Positions 9,113 through 18,343 of a stretch of 64,000 bases of DNA are shown piece by piece; within the stretch, counting starts at the first letter, position 1, and each line of letters begins with the position of its first letter. Both the position numbers and the translations under genes were made by a program. This DNA comes from Clostridia bacterium (GTDB taxonomy: Bacteria; Bacillota; Clostridia; CAKSNL01; HGM11501): assembly GCA_045545475.1 (NCBI GenBank), contig JAZQAZ010000044.1, forward strand, positions 1 to 64,000. Reading direction: 5' to 3'. The notes under the pieces were generated by a model. It was not told the DNA's origin, ran no database searches, and worked only from the letters and a program-made list of their open reading frames with translations.

Positions 9113-10294
9113 TTATTCAGCTACAGTCTGAACAGTTTCAAGTACCCATGCACCGTTAGCGGTGTCAGCAGTCTTAATATAAGCTGTGTCACGCTTTGCA
9201 TCGCCGATTTCGTCAAATGCGATTGCACCGGATACACCGTCATATGTAACAGCACCAAGAGCAGCCTTGATTGCAGCAGGATCTGCAGAATCAGCAGCCT
9301 TGATTGCTTCGAGAGCTACGTAGTAAGCGTCATAACCCATTGCTGTTACAGCAGAGATTGTGTCGTCACCACCGTTAGCTGTCTTAGCATCAGCGTTGGT
9401 GTTGATGTATTCTTTGATACCTGCGTCAAACTCAGGAGAACCGCCTTCCTGATAGAAAGTGGAAACGTAAAGCTGGATGTTTGTATCCTTAGCAGCTTCT
9501 AATACCTTGTTATCGTCAAGTGTATCGGAACCAAGGAAAGGAATTTCGATACCGAGCTTTGCAGCCTGGCTTACGATCTGTGTAGCATATGCGATGGAAA
9601 CAGGAGTAAAGATAACTTCTGCACCTTCGTTTTTAGCCTTGTTTAAGTAAGAAGTGAAGTCAGAATTGTCCTTGGGGAAAGAGTCAGAGATAACTTCGCC
9701 GCCTGCAGCTTCGAAAGCCTGCTTGAAGAATGCGATAAGACCCTGGTCATATTCGTTACCCTGTTCACCTAAGAGATATGCCTTCTTAGCAGCAAACTTG
9801 TCAATAGCAAAGTTTGCAAGAACGCTACCCTGGAAGGGATCAAGGAAGCAAATTCTGTAGTAATAGTCGTTACCTGCTGTTACGTTGGGGTTTGTGCATG
9901 TGATACCGAGAGCAGCCATACCTGCATCACCGAAGATGGGGCCTGCAGCCATAGATACACCGGAACCATAAGAACCGAGAACCATAGCAACGCCTTCGCT
10001 TACAAGCTGAGAAGCTGCTGTGGGAGCCTTGGATGCATCGGAACCGTTGTCACCGTAAACAAGTTCAATCTTGTAGGTCTCGCCTGCGATGTCAATTGTG
10101 GGTGTCTGAGAGTGAGCATACTGCACACCGAGCATTTCCTTTTTACCGCCGGAAGCAGAGTCACCTGTTGCGGGTTCGAATACGCCGAGCTTAATAACCT
10201 TTTCGCCGGTTTCTTCAACCTGTGTTTCGCCGCATGCTGTAAATAACATACAAATCATGAGGCAAGATAAAATAAGTGCCAATACCTTTTTCAT
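9113..10294 (-). CDS. livK: Branched-chain amino acid ABC transporter substrate-binding lipoprotein
   Basis: Lipobox LFTA-C; YYRICFLDPFQG, GYDAY; first gene of liv operon; ATG 10294 after GGAGG. Confidence 0.88.
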   Translation of the reverse strand: MKKVLALILSCLMICMLFTACGETQVEETGEKVIKLGVFEPATGDSASGGKKEMLGVQYAHSQTPTIDIAGETYKIELVYGDNGSDASKAPTAASQLVSEGVAMVLGSYGSGVSMAAGPIFGDAGMAALGITCTNPNVTAGNDYYYRICFLDPFQGSVLANFAIDKFAAKKAYLLGEQGNEYDQGLIAFFKQAFEAAGGEVISDSFPKDNSDFTSYLNKAKNEGAEVIFTPVSIAYATQIVSQAAKLGIEIPFLGSDTLDDNKVLEAAKDTNIQLYVSTFYQEGGSPEFDAGIKEYINTNADAKTANGGDDTISAVTAMGYDAYYVALEAIKAADSADPAAIKAALGAVTYDGVSGAIAFDEIGDAKRDTAYIKTADTANGAWVLETVQTVAE

Positions 10295-10419
10295 ACTGAA
10301 TACCTCCAATATTTTTTAAATGCTTTCGCATTCTTTTTGTTTCATGTGTGCACACATTCCCCCTTCTACTGTCCACGAGTGGTGGACTAATGTAGTGTTT
10401 ATGCACACATTACTCTGTT

Positions 10420-10448
10420 ATATTACCATGATAAAGGACTTTTGTCAA
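10420..10448 (-). promoter_or_regulatory. sigmaA promoter of liv operon
   Basis: TTGACA(10448-10443)-17-TGn-TAATAT(10425-10420). Confidence 0.6.
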
Positions 10449-10504
10449 TATAAATTTACCTGTTTTGACAAATATAAGACAATCTGTAAGACTTGGATTT
10501 TTGT

Positions 10505-10534
10505 GCATATTCCGTCTCCCCTCTGCATAGGTAT
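10505..10534 (+). promoter_or_regulatory. Putative sigmaE (mother-cell) promoter of spoIVA
   Basis: GCATATT-14 nt-CATAGGTAT resembles the sigmaE consensus; spoIVA is sigmaE-controlled in model spore formers. Confidence 0.45.
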
Positions 10535-10596
10535 GTACAAACTACAGTTTTTAAGAAGGCAGAGCGTTTTTATGCCTTTGGAAAGGAATGATTTTT

Positions 10597-12069
10597 TTGG
10601 AAAACATTTATTCCGATATTGCCTTGCGTACACAAGGTGATATCTATCTCGGCATTGTCGGCCCGGTACGCACCGGCAAATCCACATTTATAAAGAAGTT
10701 TATGGATTATTTCGTTCTGCCGAAAATTGATAATCCATATAAAAAAGAGCGTGCCTCAGATGAAATGCCACAGAGTGCAGAAGGCCGTACCATTATGACA
10801 ACCGAACCCAAATTCATACCCAACGAAGCTGTGAAAATCACACTTGATAACAATTCATTTTTCAACGTCCGTTTAATCGACTGTGTAGGATACATAGTTC
10901 CGGGTTCCATAGGATATATGGAAGAAAACGCTCCACGCATGGTAAAGACTCCCTGGTCAAAAGAAGCAATTCCGTTTAACGAAGCTGCAGAATACGGAAC
11001 TAAAAAAGTAATAAACGAACATTCCACCATAGGCCTTGTGATAACTACCGACGGCAGCATAACAGGAATTCCCAGAGAGGATTACGTTGAGGCAGAAGGA
11101 AGAGTAATAGAAGAATTAAAAGCCATAGGAAAGCCGTTTATCGTTTTACTTAACTCCGTTAATCCTGAAAGCGATGACGCCAAAAATGCCGCAGATGAAA
11201 TATGCAGAAAGCATGACATACCCGTAAAAAGAATAAACTGTGCCGAAATGACCGAAAAAGATATAAACTCGATTCTTGAAGCCGTACTTTATGAATTTCC
11301 CGTAACTGAAATAGGGATTGATGTTCCTTCATGGATAGACGCTCTTCCAATGGAGCACAGCTTAAAGAAAAGAATATATGCCAAAATCCGTGAAACTGTT
11401 TACGGCATTCAAAAAATCAGACAGATTTCCTTGCTTACAGATGCACTTTCGGGGGAGGATTTCATAACAGATGCTTTTGCAGACAGAATAGATTTAGGTA
11501 GTGGCTCTGTCAACATAAAAACCTCGGTAGACGACACTCTTTTCTATGGCATAATAAAGGATACAACAGGTTTTGACATCGACAGCGAAGAAAAGCTTCT
11601 TCGTCTTTTAATTAACTTATCTTCAATGGAAAAAGAATATTCCAGAATCAAATATGCCCTTTGCAAAGTAAAGGAAACCGGATATGGCATAGTAAGTCCT
11701 GCTCCGGATGAACTTTCTTTGGAAGAACCCGAAATTATCCGCCAAGGAGGCAAATACGGTGTCCGCCTATGTGCCAGTGCACCTTCCATACATATGATGC
11801 GTGCCGATATAAAGACGGAGCTTTCCCCCATTGTAGGAACAGAAAGAGAATCGGAAGAGCTTGTCCACTACCTTTTGGAAGAATTCGAATCCGATCCCAT
11901 AAAGCTTTGGGAATCAAAGCTTTTCGGTAAAAGTTTGCATGAACTCGTGACAGAAGAACTTAACAATAAGCTTTCAAGAATGCCGGACGATGCCCGTGAT
12001 AAGATAAGAGAAACCTTGGAGCGTATAATAAACGAAGGTTCCGGAGGACTTATCTGTATAATACTTTAA
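10597..12069 (+). CDS. spoIVA: Stage IV sporulation protein A
   Basis: GIVGPVRTGKSTFIKKF, IMTTEPKFIP, C-terminal NEGSGGLICIIL; likely TTG start 10597 after GAAAGGA (ORF ATG at 10588). Confidence 0.97.
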   Translation: MENIYSDIALRTQGDIYLGIVGPVRTGKSTFIKKFMDYFVLPKIDNPYKKERASDEMPQSAEGRTIMTTEPKFIPNEAVKITLDNNSFFNVRLIDCVGYIVPGSIGYMEENAPRMVKTPWSKEAIPFNEAAEYGTKKVINEHSTIGLVITTDGSITGIPREDYVEAEGRVIEELKAIGKPFIVLLNSVNPESDDAKNAADEICRKHDIPVKRINCAEMTEKDINSILEAVLYEFPVTEIGIDVPSWIDALPMEHSLKKRIYAKIRETVYGIQKIRQISLLTDALSGEDFITDAFADRIDLGSGSVNIKTSVDDTLFYGIIKDTTGFDIDSEEKLLRLLINLSSMEKEYSRIKYALCKVKETGYGIVSPAPDELSLEEPEIIRQGGKYGVRLCASAPSIHMMRADIKTELSPIVGTERESEELVHYLLEEFESDPIKLWESKLFGKSLHELVTEELNNKLSRMPDDARDKIRETLERIINEGSGGLICIIL

Positions 12070-12072
12070 TAT

Positions 12073-12101
12073 TTGACTTTCTCACCTCCTTGTGGTATTC
12101 T
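12073..12101 (+). promoter_or_regulatory. sigmaA promoter of ispE
   Basis: TTGACT(12073-12078)-17-TGn-TATTCT(12096-12101). Confidence 0.55.
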
Positions 12102-12132
12102 TATTGTATAAATACCGCAAGGGGGCATTATT

Positions 12133-12984
12133 TTGAACATCACTGTTTCGGCCAATGCCAAAATAAATCTTTTTCTCGATATTACCGGCAAACGCAATGA
12201 CGGCTATCACAACATAGCCTCAGTTATGCATTCGGTGGATTTACACGACAGTCTTGATTTATCTTTTAATAAGGAAAGAAAAATTTTAATAACCTCCTCC
12301 AATCCTTATATTCCAACGGACGAAAGAAACATTGCATATATTGCAGCCGTCAAATTTCTGTCGGAAATAAAAACAGATCAGGGAGTTACAATTCATATAA
12401 CCAAACGAATCCCTATAGGCGGAGGTCTCGGAGGTTCCAGTACCGACGGTGCAGCCGTACTTTCAGGCCTTAACTATCTTTTCGGCAAACCATTCTCCGA
12501 AGAAGAACTTATAAATATCGGGGCGACATTGAGTGCGGATATTCCCTTTTGTATAAAAAAAGGGGCGGCTCTCTGCGAAGGTATAGGAGAAATCATGACT
12601 CCTCTTCCCACCTTTTCATGTTGTTATGCCGCAATTATAAATCCCAGATTTTCACTTAACACCAAAATGATGTACGAGCGTTACGATAACGAAGGTGACA
12701 ATATACACCCTTCTCCCAACGCAATGATAGCCGCACTTAAAAACAATTCAGTTTCCGAAGCGGCTTCTTCCCTTTATAACGCATTTGAAAAGCCCGCCGG
12801 AACATTAAGACCTGCCATACTCAGATTTAAAGAACGCCTTATAGCAGAAGGAGCAATAGGATCTTTAATGAGCGGAAGCGGTTCTTGCATCTACGGTCTT
12901 TTCGATAATTCAAGCTATTGCAAAGCCCTTTGTGAAAAGCTAAATTCAGAAAACATATATGCAGTTTGTACACGAGTTATATAA
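12133..12984 (+). CDS. ispE: 4-diphosphocytidyl-2-C-methyl-D-erythritol kinase
   Basis: AKINLFLDI, DGYH, IPIGGGLGGSSTD (GHMP), SADIPF, MSGSGS. Confidence 0.95.
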   Translation: MNITVSANAKINLFLDITGKRNDGYHNIASVMHSVDLHDSLDLSFNKERKILITSSNPYIPTDERNIAYIAAVKFLSEIKTDQGVTIHITKRIPIGGGLGGSSTDGAAVLSGLNYLFGKPFSEEELINIGATLSADIPFCIKKGAALCEGIGEIMTPLPTFSCCYAAIINPRFSLNTKMMYERYDNEGDNIHPSPNAMIAALKNNSVSEAASSLYNAFEKPAGTLRPAILRFKERLIAEGAIGSLMSGSGSCIYGLFDNSSYCKALCEKLNSENIYAVCTRVI

Positions 12985-13011
12985 AAAAGTCAGGCAATGC
13001 CTGACTTTTTT
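12983..13011. terminator. Bidirectional terminator between ispE and htpG
   Basis: aaaaaagtcaggca-a-tgcctgactttttt. Confidence 0.8.
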
Positions 13012-13013
13012 AT

Positions 13014-14786
13014 TTACGAAAGCTTACCCAGCATATCAATGCTTCTTCTTATAAATTCCTGCAAATCCTCTGCGGGAAGAGGCTCAGATTCCATTCTGGC
13101 AAGGTCGTATATGTGCTTTGCCATAAGTTCCGCCTTTTCCTCATCCATGGAAGGAAGCTTTTCGATTATAGAGTTATTAAGGTTTATCATGAGCTTTTTC
13201 TTGTCGGGGAATTCCATACCGCCCATTGCCGCTGACATCATACGCATTCTTCTTGCATATTCATCAATCATGGAAAGAGCAGGAACATTTTCTTCCTTAA
13301 GCGCCGCGGTATCAATTTCCGTACCTTCGGGAAGCGCCTTTTCAAAAATCTTTTTAACAGCCGCTGCATCCGCTTTTGCACTTTCTGCCTTAAAGCTGTC
13401 GGGAGTAACCGAATCAATGCTTCTGAAGGTTATACCTTCGTTTTTGCTCTCCAAAAACTGAACGAATGTAGCATCAATTAATCCCGGCATCAGCATAACC
13501 TCTATTCCCTGATCACTGAACATATTGATATACTGCTTCTGATAATCTCCGCTTGTGGCGTAGTACACTTCCTTTTTGTCCTCGCCTAAATATTCGGAAA
13601 GCGTTACATACTTGCCCATAGTGGTTTTGTATATAAGACAATCCTTTATCTTGTCATAGAACACAGGATCGCTCATACAACCGAACTTGATAAAGCCCGA
13701 AATATCTTCCCAGTATTTTTCATAGTTTTCACGTTCTGTCTTAAACATAGAAGAAAGCTTGTCGGCAATTTTCTTTACAATGTGGTTTGCAATCTTTGTG
13801 ACCGTTCTGTCATTCTGTAAAAAGCTTCTTGATACATTTAGGGGCACATCGGGGCAGTCGATTACGCCCTTTAACATCAGCAGAAATTCGGGAATAATTT
13901 CCTTTATATTATCCGCAACGAAAACCTGATTGTTGAAAAGCTTGACAGGGCCTCCCGTAAGGTTGGGAGTTTTCTCAACCACAGGGAAATAAAGAATACC
14001 CTTTAAGTTGAAGGGATAATCCGTATTCAAGTGTATCCAGAATAAAGGCTCGTCATAGCGACGGAAAAGCTTCTGATAAAATGCCTTATATTCATCGTCA
14101 GTACACTGTGCGGGTGCTTTCATCCACAATGGCAGGGTTTCATTTATCATTGTGCCCTTGTCCTCGCCTGCCTGATAGCAGAAAATCGGAACGGGTAAAA
14201 ACGCACAGTACTTATCAAGAATTTCCCTTATTCTTGAAATAGATAAATATTCCTCATCCTCTTCGGTGATGTGAAGAATAATGTCTGTACCGCGCTTTTC
14301 TCTCTTGCCTTCGGTCATTTCATATTCAATGCCGCCGTCACAGCTCCAGTGGGCACTCTTTGCACCTTCTGCGAAGGATAAGCTTTCGATTTCAACGTTG
14401 TCGGAAACCATAAAGGATGAGAAAAATCCAAGACCGAAATGGCCGATTATCTGATTTTCAGGAGACTTGTCCTCGTACTTGGCAAGAAAGTCTTCGGCTC
14501 CCGAAAACGCCACCTGAGTGATGTATTTCTCAATTTCGTTTTCCGTCATACCGATACCGTTATCTGAAACGGTGATGGTTTTATTCGGCTTATCAACCAC
14601 AACATGAACTTCATATTCCTCGTCTGTCGGAAGTGCGGCACCTGCGTCCTTCACCTTTTTAAGCTTTGTTATGGCGTCGCATCCGTTTGATACGATTTCT
14701 CTTAAGAAAATGTCCTTATCGGAATAAAGCCATTTCTTGATAACGGGAAAAATATTTTGTGTATGTACTGTAATATTGCCCTTCAT
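13014..14786 (-). CDS. htpG: Molecular chaperone HtpG (Hsp90)
   Basis: FLREIVSNGCDA, DNGIGM, IGHFGLGF, PLNVSRSFLQ. Confidence 0.96.
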   Translation of the reverse strand: MKGNITVHTQNIFPVIKKWLYSDKDIFLREIVSNGCDAITKLKKVKDAGAALPTDEEYEVHVVVDKPNKTITVSDNGIGMTENEIEKYITQVAFSGAEDFLAKYEDKSPENQIIGHFGLGFFSSFMVSDNVEIESLSFAEGAKSAHWSCDGGIEYEMTEGKREKRGTDIILHITEEDEEYLSISRIREILDKYCAFLPVPIFCYQAGEDKGTMINETLPLWMKAPAQCTDDEYKAFYQKLFRRYDEPLFWIHLNTDYPFNLKGILYFPVVEKTPNLTGGPVKLFNNQVFVADNIKEIIPEFLLMLKGVIDCPDVPLNVSRSFLQNDRTVTKIANHIVKKIADKLSSMFKTERENYEKYWEDISGFIKFGCMSDPVFYDKIKDCLIYKTTMGKYVTLSEYLGEDKKEVYYATSGDYQKQYINMFSDQGIEVMLMPGLIDATFVQFLESKNEGITFRSIDSVTPDSFKAESAKADAAAVKKIFEKALPEGTEIDTAALKEENVPALSMIDEYARRMRMMSAAMGGMEFPDKKKLMINLNNSIIEKLPSMDEEKAELMAKHIYDLARMESEPLPAEDLQEFIRRSIDMLGKLS

Positions 14787-14797
14787 AATAATTCTCC

Positions 14798-15529
14798 TTA
14801 TATAATAAATTCGTCGCCGTCATTCGGCAAAATAAGCTCTCCCTTAATCCTGCTCTTTCCTTTTTCAAAGGCAGGATATTTTTCCGCCTGACGGTTTGTG
14901 TGTATAATCATAATTTTATCTGCAAGACATTCTTCCAATTTATCAAAAAGTGCGTCAACCTCAAAATGTGCACCTTCTGTAATAAGTGCATCAAGCTTTT
15001 CTCTTGCCACATCGGGAAAGTCAGAAAGAGAATGATGCAAATCACCTGTCATGTATACCTTTTTTCCTTCCGACTCAATTAAAAAGCCGTAGGACTTTTT
15101 AGGCTCATCAAGATGCTCTGTCTTAAACGATGTAACCTTTATATTTCCATCGTCAAAAATTTCACCTTCTGTAAATACACTATATCTTATTCTTTCTTCC
15201 TCAAAAGGCTCATTCATAATCTCAATATAGCTTTTAATGGCATCGAATCCTCTTTTTTCAGGAAGATTAACAGAGAAATTCGCATCCTTGTGGCGTATCG
15301 TTGAAATCAATATAAAATCAAGAAGCCCTGCTATATGGTCACGGTCAAGATGGGTTATGAATATTCCTTTTATCCTGCTTACATCATAACCGTCGTTTTT
15401 AAGCTTAGGGGAAGCCAGTACCCCCATATCAAAGAAATATCCGCCTTTTTCAGTATCAACAAAAATACATTGGCATTCTCTTCCCATTTCAGGCCCGCCG
15501 TGACTTGTTCCGTAAAATTTAATTTTCAT
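14798..15529 (-). CDS. MBL-fold metallo-hydrolase (RNase Z-like), paralog 1
   Basis: FYGTSHG, FDMG, THLDRDH, TEH, TGD, EGAH, IIH. Confidence 0.8.
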   Translation of the reverse strand: MKIKFYGTSHGGPEMGRECQCIFVDTEKGGYFFDMGVLASPKLKNDGYDVSRIKGIFITHLDRDHIAGLLDFILISTIRHKDANFSVNLPEKRGFDAIKSYIEIMNEPFEEERIRYSVFTEGEIFDDGNIKVTSFKTEHLDEPKKSYGFLIESEGKKVYMTGDLHHSLSDFPDVAREKLDALITEGAHFEVDALFDKLEECLADKIMIIHTNRQAEKYPAFEKGKSRIKGELILPNDGDEFII

Positions 15530-15539
15530 ACTTCACCTG

Positions 15540-16289
15540 TCAGATTATAAATTCATCTCCGTCTTTCGGCAGTATAAGTTCTCCCTTAAGACGGTGCTTT
15601 TCTTTTTCAAATTCGTCATATTTCGCCTGCGGAAAAACGTGAATAATCGCAATTTTTTCCGCCTCGCAGCATGAAAGTTCATTCATAAGAGCTCCTGTTG
15701 AAAAATGTGCTCCTTCAGAAACAAGCATATCAAGCTTTTCTCTTGCAATACCGGGAAAGTCAGAAAGTCTGTCCGCAGTCGTATACTGTAAATCTCCCGT
15801 TATGTAAACCCTTTTCCCCTCCGCCTCAATTAAAAAGCCGTAGGATTTTCCCGGGTCGTGCAGATGATTTGTCCTTACTGCCGTAACCTTAATATTTTCG
15901 TCCTTATATATTTCACCTTCTGTGAATACTTCATGGCAAATTCTGTCTTCGGGGAAGCTGCAGCCCGCCATCATCGTATCAACATAACTTTTAATAAAGG
16001 TAAATCCTCTCTCCTCGGGGAAGAACAGCTTATATTTCATTTCCTTAAAGTACCAGACGGCAAGCTCAACAAAACGCATAATTCCAAGGAAATGGTCGCT
16101 GTCAAGATGGGTAAAGAAGACTGCCTTCACCTTATTTACGTCATATTCGTCGTTTCTTAAGCACTCAATGCCGGACTTTCCCATATCGAAAAAGTAGCCG
16201 CTTCCGCCTGCTTCTATAAATATACACTGACCTGCTCTGTCTTTTTCAACCACGCCGTGGCTTGTTCCGTAAAATTTAATTTTCATCAT
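15540..16289 (-). CDS. MBL-fold metallo-hydrolase (RNase Z-like), paralog 2
   Basis: FYGTSHG, FDMG, THLDSDH, TNH, TGD, EGAH, IIH; clearly homologous to its neighbour. Confidence 0.8.
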   Translation of the reverse strand: MMKIKFYGTSHGVVEKDRAGQCIFIEAGGSGYFFDMGKSGIECLRNDEYDVNKVKAVFFTHLDSDHFLGIMRFVELAVWYFKEMKYKLFFPEERGFTFIKSYVDTMMAGCSFPEDRICHEVFTEGEIYKDENIKVTAVRTNHLHDPGKSYGFLIEAEGKRVYITGDLQYTTADRLSDFPGIAREKLDMLVSEGAHFSTGALMNELSCCEAEKIAIIHVFPQAKYDEFEKEKHRLKGELILPKDGDEFII

Positions 16290-17060
16290 CTACGCCTCCT
16301 GAGAGAAAAATTTCTTATAGAGTAAAATTTCGTCAATGCTTTCCTTACTGCTTAAAAAGGCGATGTTTCCCTTTTCCTTTCCATGCTTAAGCAAATCCTT
16401 TTCGGAAAGACGCCTCATAGTTTCCCTGGCGGTTCCTTCTCCTCCGTCAAAAAGCGGAATATCTCCTAAAACTTTCTTAAGAGTTTTCTTTATAAAAGGA
16501 TAATGAGTGCATCCAAGCACAACAGAGTCTATTTTTTCATCCTTGTATGGGCAAAAAAGTTCCTTTATATAGCTATCAAGCTCTTCTCCTTCAACTATGC
16601 CCCGCTCTATCATTCCTGCCAGCTTTTCGCATGGTACGGGAATGATTTTTGCCTGACTATTAAAAGATTCCATAAGCTTCTTAAACTTTTCTTCCCTTAA
16701 GGTAATTGGCGTTGCCATAACCGCCACGGTGGAATTTTCCTTAAAAAGCACCGCAGGTTTTAAGGCAGGTTCAACCCCGATTATGGGAAAATCGGGATAT
16801 TTTTCCCGCAAAAAAGATGCCGCAACGCTTGTTGCCGTGTTGCAGGCAATAACCAACGCCTTTGCTCCCATTCCCATTAGCATTTCTGCGTTTTTTACAG
16901 AAAGCTCCTTAACCTCCGAAACGCTCTTACTTCCGTATGGTGCATTAAGACTATCACCATAATATATAAAATTTTCATTGGGCATAAGGGCATAAAGCTC
17001 TCGAAGCACACTTATACCACCAACGCCCGAATCGAAAACCGCAATCGGTTTATCTTTCAT
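16290..17060 (-). CDS. murI: Glutamate racemase
   Basis: FDSGVGG, APYG, IACNTAT, LGCTHYP. Confidence 0.96.
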   Translation of the reverse strand: MKDKPIAVFDSGVGGISVLRELYALMPNENFIYYGDSLNAPYGSKSVSEVKELSVKNAEMLMGMGAKALVIACNTATSVAASFLREKYPDFPIIGVEPALKPAVLFKENSTVAVMATPITLREEKFKKLMESFNSQAKIIPVPCEKLAGMIERGIVEGEELDSYIKELFCPYKDEKIDSVVLGCTHYPFIKKTLKKVLGDIPLFDGGEGTARETMRRLSEKDLLKHGKEKGNIAFLSSKESIDEILLYKKFFSQEA

Positions 17061-17075
17061 CAAATACGCTTCCTT

Positions 17076-17705
17076 TTATTCTTCTTCCTCTTCCTCAGAA
17101 ATTCTGTAGGCAAGAGTCATTAAGCTGTCACTTAAGTGAACTGTTTCAACGGGCACAGCGCTTGTAACCTCAATATGGGAGAAGTTCCATATTCCCTTTA
17201 TGCCCAGTGCCTCAAGCTTTTTTGCAACCTCGTCGGTGGTTCCCTTCGGAATTGCAAGAGCTCCGATATCGGGCTTTTCTTCCTCACAGAACACCTCAAG
17301 CTCATCCATTCCCTTTATCGTAAGATCTCCGACGGATTTGCCGATTAAGCTCTCATCCTGGTCAAATATTCCGATAAAGCGGAAGCCTCTTTTCGTAAAT
17401 CCGGGATAGTTAAGTATTGCACGACCCAAATTACCTGCACCGATAATAACAATTTTATAGCACTTGTCAAGTCCTAAAATTTTGCTTATCTCATCACGGA
17501 GCATCTTTACGTTGTAGCCATAGCCCTGCTGACCGAAACCGCCGAAGCAATTTAAGTCCTGACGTACCTGAGACGCCGTAAACCCAAGCTTTTTACTTAA
17601 AACCTGGGAGGACACCCTCTCTATTCCCATCTCCTCCAAGTCCGATAAATATCTGTAGTATCTGGGAAGTCTTCTCACCACAACCAAAGGCACATTCTTA
17701 TCCAT
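17076..17705 (-). CDS. rex: Redox-sensing transcriptional repressor Rex
   Basis: RRLPRYYRYL, SQVRQDLNCFGGFGQQGYGY, GAGNLG, GIWNF. Confidence 0.96.
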   Translation of the reverse strand: MDKNVPLVVVRRLPRYYRYLSDLEEMGIERVSSQVLSKKLGFTASQVRQDLNCFGGFGQQGYGYNVKMLRDEISKILGLDKCYKIVIIGAGNLGRAILNYPGFTKRGFRFIGIFDQDESLIGKSVGDLTIKGMDELEVFCEEEKPDIGALAIPKGTTDEVAKKLEALGIKGIWNFSHIEVTSAVPVETVHLSDSLMTLAYRISEEEEEE

Positions 17706-18343
17706 TAAAATTCCTCCTTAATTTCTGTGGCAACAAACTTTTCGTCAAACTTTGAAAATTCCGCCTGACCGCCCGTTGCCTCAGTAAGATTTTTCTCAAA
17801 TTTTTCCACATTCTCCAATAAAACAGAAACGGAAAAATAAACGTCCGAATCATACACCATATCATAGGGCGAAAGTTCCATCTTCCGCATTTCATATTCC
17901 ACCTTGCCCCAGAGCGTATAGGAAACCTTGACTCTGTAAATGGCAGAATAGGACATATATATGGGCTTTGCAGCATCAATCGCAATAGATGCTGCATGGC
18001 CGTAAGCTCTCACCAAGCCACCGCCACCAAGAAGTATTCCTCCGAAATAGCGGGTTACAACCAGTGCAATGTCCGTTAAATCCTGCTTTCTTATGGTGTC
18101 AAGCACCGGGATTCCTGCAGTACCCTGAGGCTCACCGTCATCGGAAAAGCGCTGAATGTTATTTTCTCTCACCACATAAGCATACACATTATGACGTGCA
18201 TCAGCATGTTTTTTCTTTATTTTATTAACGAAAGCAAGGGCTTCCTCCTCGGTTTTCACCGGGCATGCATAGCCAATAAACCTTGACTTTTTTTCGGTAA
18301 ATTCAGCTACGCTTTCCTCTTCCACCGTCTTATACCCGTTCAT
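17705..18343 (-). CDS. yigZ: YigZ/IMPACT family protein
   Basis: KKSRFIG, ARHNVYAY, SDDGEPQGTAG, RYFGGILLGGGGLVRAY. Confidence 0.93.
   Translation of the reverse strand: MNGYKTVEEESVAEFTEKKSRFIGYACPVKTEEEALAFVNKIKKKHADARHNVYAYVVRENNIQRFSDDGEPQGTAGIPVLDTIRKQDLTDIALVVTRYFGGILLGGGGLVRAYGHAASIAIDAAKPIYMSYSAIYRVKVSYTLWGKVEYEMRKMELSPYDMVYDSDVYFSVSVLLENVEKFEKNLTEATGGQAEFSKFDEKFVATEIKEEF

Noticed and set aside
10215-10687. Small ORFs in the livK-spoIVA intergenic region as leader peptides
   Set aside because: No RBS, no Leu/Ile/Val codon runs, and they overlap promoter elements
13014-14800. CIRCE or CtsR heat-shock operator for htpG
   Set aside because: No TTAGCACTC-N9-GAGTGCTAA or CtsR repeats seen; htpG is the last gene of an operon
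17076-17705. Rex operator (TTGTGAA-N4-TTCACAA) in the window
   Set aside because: Only half-sites found (e.g. near 36514 and 42181); no full palindrome
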